DNA of 64,000 bases, from the NCBI GenBank assembly GCA_022821235.1, contig JAJEEA010000419.1:2095-66094 (forward strand), in the 5' to 3' direction. The stretch's first letter is position 1. Each line of letters opens with the position of its first letter. The notes below the pieces were generated by a model. The model had not been told where the DNA came from. It was given only the letters and a program-made list of their open reading frames with translations, and did no database searches. Shown piece by piece: positions 57,982-64,000 of this stretch. The stretch comes from Vicinamibacteria bacterium. GTDB lineage: Bacteria > Acidobacteriota > Vicinamibacteria > Vicinamibacterales > UBA8438. Position numbers and translations under genes: made by a program.

Positions 57982-59949
57982 CTACGGCAACGCCAGCGCG
58001 ATCCACTCGCCGGGGTGGTCCAGCGAGCCGATGGGCAGCACGATGTACTGCTTCCCCCCGTGCATGTAGGTGATGGGCGAGCCGACGTTGCCGGCCGGGA
58101 AGGTCGTCTCCCACACCACGTCGCCGGTCTCCTTGTCGAAGGCGCGGAAGCCCTTGCCGGCGTCGGGGCCGGCGCCGGGCGGGGTGCGGACCATGATGGG
58201 GTCGCCCTCGCTGACGAAGAGGAGGCTTCGGGTGAGCAGGGTCATCGCCCGGCCCGGCTGGCCCAGCGGGGGCAGGTCGAGGTGGGCGATCTCCGGGTGG
58301 TCGCGGGGGCCGTCGCCGTTGGCGACCATCCACACGTGCTCGCCGGTGTTCATGTCGATGGCGGTGATGCGGCCGTACGGGGGCTTGAGCAGCGGGAGGC
58401 CGCGCGGGCCCTGGGGGAACGCGCGGGTGCCGCGCGTGTAGCGCACGTTCATGCGGTCGGGGTTGCCGGGGGTCAGGTCGGCCGCGAACGTCCCCGTCAC
58501 CGACGGCACGTAGAGCATGCCGGTCTCGGGGTCGAAGCCGGCCCCGCCCCACTCGGCCCCGCCCACCGAGCCGGGGAGCTGCAGGGTGCCCTTGGTGTCT
58601 TCGTCGCCGTCGCCGCGGATCGAGGGCGGGGTGTAGATCTCCCCCAGCACGAAGGGCGCGGCGATCTCCACGGCCTCGGCCCGCAGCTCGGGGGTGAAGT
58701 CGATGAGGGTGTCGACCGAGATGCCGTGCACGTCGAACGGGGCGGGCTTGGTGGGGAACGGCTGGGTGGGCGAGATCCACTCGCCGGGGGTGTCCGAGCC
58801 GGGCACGGCCCGCTCGACGATGGGCCAGACCGGCTCGCCGGTGACCCTGTCGAAGGTGTAGGCCATGGCCTGCTTCGTGAGCTGCACCACCGCCTTGATC
58901 TCGCGGCCCTCGACGACGATGTCCATCAGGATCGGCGCCACGTTGTTGTCGTAGTCCCAGAGGTCGTGGTGCACCGTCTGGAAGTGCCACACCATCTCGC
59001 CGGTCTCGGCCCGCACGCACACGAGGCTGTTGGCGTAGAGGTTGTTGCCGGGGCGGTGCCCGCCGTACATGTCGTTGCTGGGGGCGCCGGTGGGCAGGTA
59101 GACGAGGCCGAGCTCCTCGTCGGCGCTCATCATCGTCCAGACGTTGCCCATGCCCGAGTACTCCCACGACTCGTCGAGCCAGGTCTCGACCCCCGGCTCG
59201 CCGGCCCGGGGAATCGGGTTCCAGGTCCACCGCAGGGTGCCGGTCCGGACGTCGTAGGCGCGGACGTAGCCGGGGCGGTTCTCCATGGTCAGGGGATGGT
59301 CGGCCATGGCCTGCCCCACCACGACCACGTCGCGGACGACGAGGGGCGGCGAGGTGAAGTTGAAGTCGACCAGCTCGTCGGTGTCCTCGAAGACGCGGAG
59401 GTCGACCATGCCGCCGTCGCCGAAGTCGGAGACCAGCCGGCCGGTGTCCACGTCGGTCGCCAGCAGGTACGGCGGCCGCACCGACAGGATTCGGCGGCCG
59501 GCCCCGGCGTCGTCCTCCCAGTAGCCGACCCCGCGATTGGCGGCGCCCCGCGGGGTCTCGTCGTCGGTGAGGAACGGCAGCTCCTGCACCCAGCGGGTCT
59601 CGCCCGTCGCCGGGTCGAACGCCTCGACGATGCCGATGCCGTTCGAGGCGTAGAGCACCCCGTCGACCATCAGCGGCGTCGACCGCAGGTTGTTCGAGTA
59701 GCGCAGGTTGTCCCAGCGCGCGTGCAGGCTCGCGTCGACGGCGGGGCGGCGCCACACGATGCCGAGGTCGCCGACCGTGTCCGCGTTGATCTGGTCCAGC
59801 GCCGCGTAACGGGTGAACCCGCTGTCGCCGCCGTGGACGCGCCACTCGCCGTCGGTGCCGTGCTGGGCCGCCGCGGCCCCCGCCACGACCAGCATGCCCA
59901 GCAGGGCCGCAACGCCGCGGGCCGGTCTCGCCGTCGTCTTGTTCGCCAT
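57982..59949 (-). CDS. secreted PQQ-dependent dehydrogenase (beta-propeller quinoprotein)
   Basis: ATG at 59949 with a signal peptide. GGDSGFTRYAALDQINADTVGDL, repeated propeller W-motifs, and tail GSLDHPGEWIALALP. Confidence 0.85.
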   Translation of the reverse strand: MANKTTARPARGVAALLGMLVVAGAAAAQHGTDGEWRVHGGDSGFTRYAALDQINADTVGDLGIVWRRPAVDASLHARWDNLRYSNNLRSTPLMVDGVLYASNGIGIVEAFDPATGETRWVQELPFLTDDETPRGAANRGVGYWEDDAGAGRRILSVRPPYLLATDVDTGRLVSDFGDGGMVDLRVFEDTDELVDFNFTSPPLVVRDVVVVGQAMADHPLTMENRPGYVRAYDVRTGTLRWTWNPIPRAGEPGVETWLDESWEYSGMGNVWTMMSADEELGLVYLPTGAPSNDMYGGHRPGNNLYANSLVCVRAETGEMVWHFQTVHHDLWDYDNNVAPILMDIVVEGREIKAVVQLTKQAMAYTFDRVTGEPVWPIVERAVPGSDTPGEWISPTQPFPTKPAPFDVHGISVDTLIDFTPELRAEAVEIAAPFVLGEIYTPPSIRGDGDEDTKGTLQLPGSVGGAEWGGAGFDPETGMLYVPSVTGTFAADLTPGNPDRMNVRYTRGTRAFPQGPRGLPLLKPPYGRITAIDMNTGEHVWMVANGDGPRDHPEIAHLDLPPLGQPGRAMTLLTRSLLFVSEGDPIMVRTPPGAGPDAGKGFRAFDKETGDVVWETTFPAGNVGSPITYMHGGKQYIVLPIGSLDHPGEWIALALP

Positions 59950-60320
59950 CGGTTCCCCGTCTCCTGCTTGACTTCTGCCTGACGCTGTCCCCGCCCCGGA
60001 CGCCGGCGCCCTGGCGGCAGCGTCGACTGCCCCAACCGAGCCGGGCCGGAGTCCCCGCAGTGCCGCCGCGCAGACTCCCGGCCCGGAAACCGTCGCCGGC
60101 AACTCCGATTCGCCGCCCGACAGCCGTCTGCCCCGCTACTCGTGCCGCGGCTACCAGGATCCGCGGTGAAGGTCCCCGCTGCATTCGAGCGGCGATGCAT
60201 CCCGTCTGACGGCGTCGTTCCTCGGTTGCCTAATGGCCACCCGCGCCTTGTCAGGCGAGCCCGTCGGCCGTCCACTGGCGCCCTCCGGGCGCGGTGCAAC
60301 GCGGGGCTTCACCACGGGCG

Positions 60321-60746
60321 CTACCGGATGGCCGAGAACTCCGTCGGCACCAGCATGCGCGCGTCGATGGTGTCGACCAGCGCCCGGTCCTCCGATCGCT
60401 CGGCCGAGATGATGATGCGCTGGAACTCCGGGTCCTCCCCGAGCCGCGCCCACATCTCGTCCCGCGCCTCGACCGTCGGGTAGCCCAGCATGTAGATGAA
60501 CGTATCGTCGGTGTCGTCGCCGGTGGCCGCGTTCCAGTAGCCGATGTTCTCCATGCCCGCCCGCTCGAACATGGCCGCCGTGTGGTCGCGGAACCGGTCG
60601 GACAGCTCGGCCCGTTTGCCGTCGACCGTCTTGTAGACGCGCAGCTCGAACACCCGCGACTCCGGCTGCTGGGCCGACAGGCCCCACGCCATCCCGAACA
60701 CGCCGAACGCAAAGCCAATCGCGGCCAGTGCCTTCCACATCCTCAT
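60321..60746 (-). CDS. secreted NIPSNAP-family protein
   Basis: GAGGAGG upstream of ATG 60746 and a signal peptide. VFELRVYK...R......F...G....GYW... pattern. Confidence 0.65.
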   Translation of the reverse strand: MRMWKALAAIGFAFGVFGMAWGLSAQQPESRVFELRVYKTVDGKRAELSDRFRDHTAAMFERAGMENIGYWNAATGDDTDDTFIYMLGYPTVEARDEMWARLGEDPEFQRIIISAERSEDRALVDTIDARMLVPTEFSAIR

Positions 60747-60848
60747 TCTGTCCTCCTCGTCTCGAAGGGTCCGACTTCCAACCCGCCACCGGGTGGCAAA
60801 CGACCCCGCTGGATGCCACCGGCGATGCATACCCGTTCGACTCCGTCA

Positions 60849-62063
60849 TCACCCCCTGAACGGCATCCGATACCACTCGAACGTGAAGACGGCCCACACT
60901 ACCGCTATCATCACGCCACCCCCGGCGACAGACCAGCCCAACCACGGCTGCATATCGCCGCGCGCAAAGGCCACTATCCCCACCACGAACTCCATGATGG
61001 CGATGAGCCCGAGAACGAACGTGAGCCGACGCTGCTGGCTTTCCTGGCGCATGCTGCGCTGCCGTTCGACGTATCGTTGCACCAACTCCAGGCGTCGATC
61101 GAGGGTGTCGATTTGCTCATCGATTCTGCTGGTCTCTCGCAGTCTGTCGAAACACAGTTGATCTCGATGGCTAATCGTCGCCGACACAACCCCCCTTATG
61201 GACTCCAACGCCCGGGTAAAGCCCACCAGAACTTGCTCCGGATCATCTTTCCAGCCGCCGTCGATGCCCTGCTCGATTCTGCCGCTCAGTTCATGACACT
61301 TGTTCCATGCAGCCTGAAGCTTCAGTTCCAGCCCCAACACCATCGCCTTCGTACGCTCGATATGCCCGGTCTCCCCCCAACAAGCCGCGACTATCGTCGA
61401 CCACGTTGCGTATGCGACCGAGTCCGGATGGCGATCGATGTCCGACAGGTTCATTCCCGTTTCATCCGCTGCCGCGGCATCATTGTCGAGGACGACGACT
61501 TCTTCCTCCTCCCCGGCATCGGGCTCGATACCGATAACCGACGGGTCAGCGAGAATCCGGAACTCTGGATTCCACCCCTTCCTATCGTCTTCTGTCAACC
61601 CCTCGAAAACGAAGAAGCTGAAGACGTAGGACGGCGTATCGTGCAACGGAAGCGACGAGCGGTCCACAATCGCCGCGAAACCGCGCCCATCAGCCTCCAA
61701 CAAAGCCTGGTGCAGGCTTCGCCGGTTGCGGAGAATGTCCTTCATCGCCTGCCTTCGACCCTGCTGACCCTTGGGTCCCTCCATCTCCACCGATCGATGC
61801 AACACGAAGCACAGCGACGTGTTCTGAAGGGCCACGTATACATTGTACCGCCCCGCTCCTGGCACTTCGTGACCCTGCAGAAGAAGGCAGCCGGCATCCA
61901 GCTTGATGTCGAACGACTCCCGCAGCAGCCGCTGATTGAAGAACTTGTCGGCGAGTCCGGCCGTATCTGTCTGCAGACGTCGGACGCAGTGATGTCGAAT
62001 CGCCGCGACGCCAGCCGGACCCGACAACTCGACCGGCGCGATGACATAGTCGTTACGCTTCAC
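60849..62063 (-). CDS. hypothetical protein with a C-terminal coiled-coil + 2-TM hairpin (CorA-like topology)
   Basis: Lower-GC ORF. The tail RRLTFVLGLIAIMEFVVGIVAFARGDMQPWLGWSVAGGGVMIAVVWAVFTF forms two hydrophobic helices. 4-nt overlap with the upstream gene. Confidence 0.6.
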   Translation of the reverse strand: MKRNDYVIAPVELSGPAGVAAIRHHCVRRLQTDTAGLADKFFNQRLLRESFDIKLDAGCLLLQGHEVPGAGRYNVYVALQNTSLCFVLHRSVEMEGPKGQQGRRQAMKDILRNRRSLHQALLEADGRGFAAIVDRSSLPLHDTPSYVFSFFVFEGLTEDDRKGWNPEFRILADPSVIGIEPDAGEEEEVVVLDNDAAAADETGMNLSDIDRHPDSVAYATWSTIVAACWGETGHIERTKAMVLGLELKLQAAWNKCHELSGRIEQGIDGGWKDDPEQVLVGFTRALESIRGVVSATISHRDQLCFDRLRETSRIDEQIDTLDRRLELVQRYVERQRSMRQESQQRRLTFVLGLIAIMEFVVGIVAFARGDMQPWLGWSVAGGGVMIAVVWAVFTFEWYRMPFRG

Positions 62064-62575
62064 TTGATCCGCCTACCGGACGATACGGTCCTCAGGATCT
62101 GCCTGCTGCCGATCAGACGGCTCATGATCTTCAGTGCCATTTCGTGGTACTCGACTCCCGCATGGCTGGCGCAGGCGTCGGCCAGCACCACCGGTCTCAT
62201 TCCGTTTTCGAACAGGCCCACGGCGCAGAGCGAGACGCAGACATCGGTGTCGATACCGCACACGGCCACTTCATCGATCCCTTTTTCGCGCAACTCGCGC
62301 AGGAAGAACGCGTCAACGCAGGTATAGATCGGCTTATCGATGACCACCGTATTCCTGGCCGGCCGGAAGGCGAGAGCCACGTCAACGGAATCCTCGCCAA
62401 AGTGGCTCCAGTCCATCAACCGCCGGTACGGCGAGCCGGCCCGGTTGATGAATCGCGTGGCGTAGACATGGTCATGGTCCTGCTGAAGGCGCTCCACGAT
62501 CGGCACGACGTGCCGGGTGGCGTCATTGATGAAGCCTCTCTGAACGTCGACGATGAGCAGCGCTCGGCGGGCCAT
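62060..62575 (-). CDS. isochorismatase-family cysteine hydrolase
   Basis: ALLIVDVQRGF, K in DKPIY, VAVCGIDTDVCV catalytic Cys block. Confidence 0.8.
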   Translation of the reverse strand: MARRALLIVDVQRGFINDATRHVVPIVERLQQDHDHVYATRFINRAGSPYRRLMDWSHFGEDSVDVALAFRPARNTVVIDKPIYTCVDAFFLRELREKGIDEVAVCGIDTDVCVSLCAVGLFENGMRPVVLADACASHAGVEYHEMALKIMSRLIGSRQILRTVSSGRRIK

Positions 62576-62706
62576 TCCGTCCTGTCCACGATGTCTCGGA
62601 CCACGATCGCTCCGGCCGTCCTCCCGCGCCGAGCGCTGGGGACATGGTGTTCATTGCAATCGGTTCAGACGCCTCTGTCAAGTGGCCTGGGGTAAGATGC
62701 CCCGGC

Positions 62707-63627
62707 ATGGGCAACACTTCGGTGGTCCGCGTCTCCGGCATCCGGAAGGCCTACGGCGCGACGGTGGCGGTGGACGACGTCTCGTTCACGGTCGAGGCGG
62801 GCGAGATCTTCGGCCTGATCGGCCCGAACGGGGCCGGCAAGACCACCACCATGGAGTGCGTCGAGGGTCTGCGACGGCCCGACCGCGGCCGCATCGAGGT
62901 GCTGGGGCTCGACCCCATCAGAAACGCTGCCGCCCTCCAGCCCCGCATCGGCGTGCAGCTCCAGGAGGCGCAGCTCCAGAAGCGCATCAAGGTGTGGGAG
63001 GCGGTGGACCTGTGGGCCGCCCTCTACGACACGTCGGTCGACGGCGACCGGCTGCTCGACCAGCTCGGGCTGACCGACCGGCGCGACGCATGGTTCATGA
63101 CCCTGTCGGGGGGCCAGAAGCAGCGGCTGTTCATCGCCCTCGCCCTGATCAACGCGCCCGAGCTGGTGTTCCTCGACGAGCTCACCACCGGCCTCGACCC
63201 GCAGGCGCGGCGGGCCATCTGGGACCTGGTGCGCGGCATCCGCGACCGCGGGCAGACGGTGTTCCTGACGACGCACCTGATGGAGGAGGCGGAGCGACTC
63301 TGCGACCGGGTGGCCATCATCGAGCACGGGCGCATCGTCGACCACGACACGCCCGCCGGCCTCGTCGCGCGGCACTGCCCGCAGCGCACGGTGGTCGTGA
63401 CCACCGCCCACGATGGCGCCGCGGCCCGGTTCGCGGGCCTCGACTCGGCCGACACCGTCGAACGCGACGGCGACCGGCACACCATCCGCGGGCGCGGCGA
63501 GGACCTCGTGACCGAGGTCATCCACTGCCTGTCGGAGCACGGCATGCGGGTGACCGCGTTCCGCACCGAGGAGCCGACGCTCGAAGACGTCTTCCTCACC
63601 CTGACCGGCCACTCCATCCGCGACTGA
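62707..63627 (+). CDS. ABC-2-type transporter ATP-binding protein
   Basis: ATG at 62707. GPNGAGKTTT, LSGGQKQRL, LVFLDELTTGLD. Confidence 0.9.
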   Translation: MGNTSVVRVSGIRKAYGATVAVDDVSFTVEAGEIFGLIGPNGAGKTTTMECVEGLRRPDRGRIEVLGLDPIRNAAALQPRIGVQLQEAQLQKRIKVWEAVDLWAALYDTSVDGDRLLDQLGLTDRRDAWFMTLSGGQKQRLFIALALINAPELVFLDELTTGLDPQARRAIWDLVRGIRDRGQTVFLTTHLMEEAERLCDRVAIIEHGRIVDHDTPAGLVARHCPQRTVVVTTAHDGAAARFAGLDSADTVERDGDRHTIRGRGEDLVTEVIHCLSEHGMRVTAFRTEEPTLEDVFLTLTGHSIRD

Positions 63628-63879
63628 CGCGGCCGGAGATCCAGACCGATTCCGACGCCATGAACCGGCCCTTTCCCCCGCGTGACCCCGACTTGCTCTC
63701 CACGGGCTCGAGGGAACAGCTCCGATGCCCGTGAACCGACACCTTCTTCCGCCGCAAGGCGACAGGCTCGCCCGGCTCGAGACCCGGAGCCCACGACAAG
63801 CCCCAGTGGTCGCGTTTCACCGCGTCGATGCCCGAGCGCCTGCGGCCCGGCGACCTGCCCGGGCTCGAGGTGTTCGCCC

Positions 63880-64000
63880 ATGACCGGACGCCTTCCCCTG
63901 CGCGGCCTCGGCAAGCTCACCTGGCTCGAGATCAAGATCTTCGTGCGCGAGCCGATGGGCCTCATCGGGTCGGTGGTCATCCCGGTGCTGATGTTCCTGG
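63880..64000 (+). CDS. probable ABC-2 permease, 3' end beyond window
   Basis: ATG at 63880. LTWLEIKIFVREPMGLIGSVVIPVLMFL is a typical first TM of ABC-2 permeases. Confidence 0.45.
   Translation, partial: MTGRLPLRGLGKLTWLEIKIFVREPMGLIGSVVIPVLMFL

Overview
High-GC bacterial chromosomal segment. Spot counts of single 60-nt lines gave about 68% G+C in core regions and about 57-60% in two accessory patches. Gene content looks like an Acidobacteria- or Gemmatimonadetes-type soil bacterium (CarboxypepD_reg/TonB-type outer-membrane protein, CRTAC1 + TPR, VWA paralogues), but the phylum cannot be proven from the sequence alone. Bases 1-36 kb are mostly housekeeping and envelope genes: queG, yqgE-like, rsgA, dinB, an ABC exporter, ettA, a TAXI-TRAP transporter and qor. 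They are separated by many REP-like dispersed repeats and short tandem duplications. The most interesting region is 36.1-45.0 kb, a lower-GC island on the minus strand. In transcription order it holds an RtcR-like CARF/sigma-54 activator, then a near-consensus sigma-54 promoter (TGGCAC-N5-TTGCT), then two tandem modules of an ABC-type ATPase plus a partner protein. The two partners share an N-terminal domain but carry different C-terminal effector-like domains: a PLD/MIT_C-like HxR(x)4D motif in one and a phosphoribosyltransferase in the other. The second partner is split by an ISAzo13-family IS. Removing the IS plus one 5-bp target duplication rejoins it in frame. I read this as a candidate, apparently undescribed, transcriptionally licensed conflict or defence locus. 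Bases 45-54 kb hold ppk2, a PQQ-dehydrogenase/cytochrome c/cupin cluster flanked by paralogous secreted proteins, Uma2 nucleases and vapBC. At 54.6-58.2 kb a decayed duplicate of a PQQ-dehydrogenase 3' end brackets a roughly 3-kb insert carrying a DUF4365 + unknown-partner cassette. At 60.8-62.6 kb there is a low-GC isochorismatase-like + 2-TM protein pair. Many genes show single-nucleotide frameshifts at short homopolymers. These could be sequencing error or real decay, and the sequence alone cannot separate the two.
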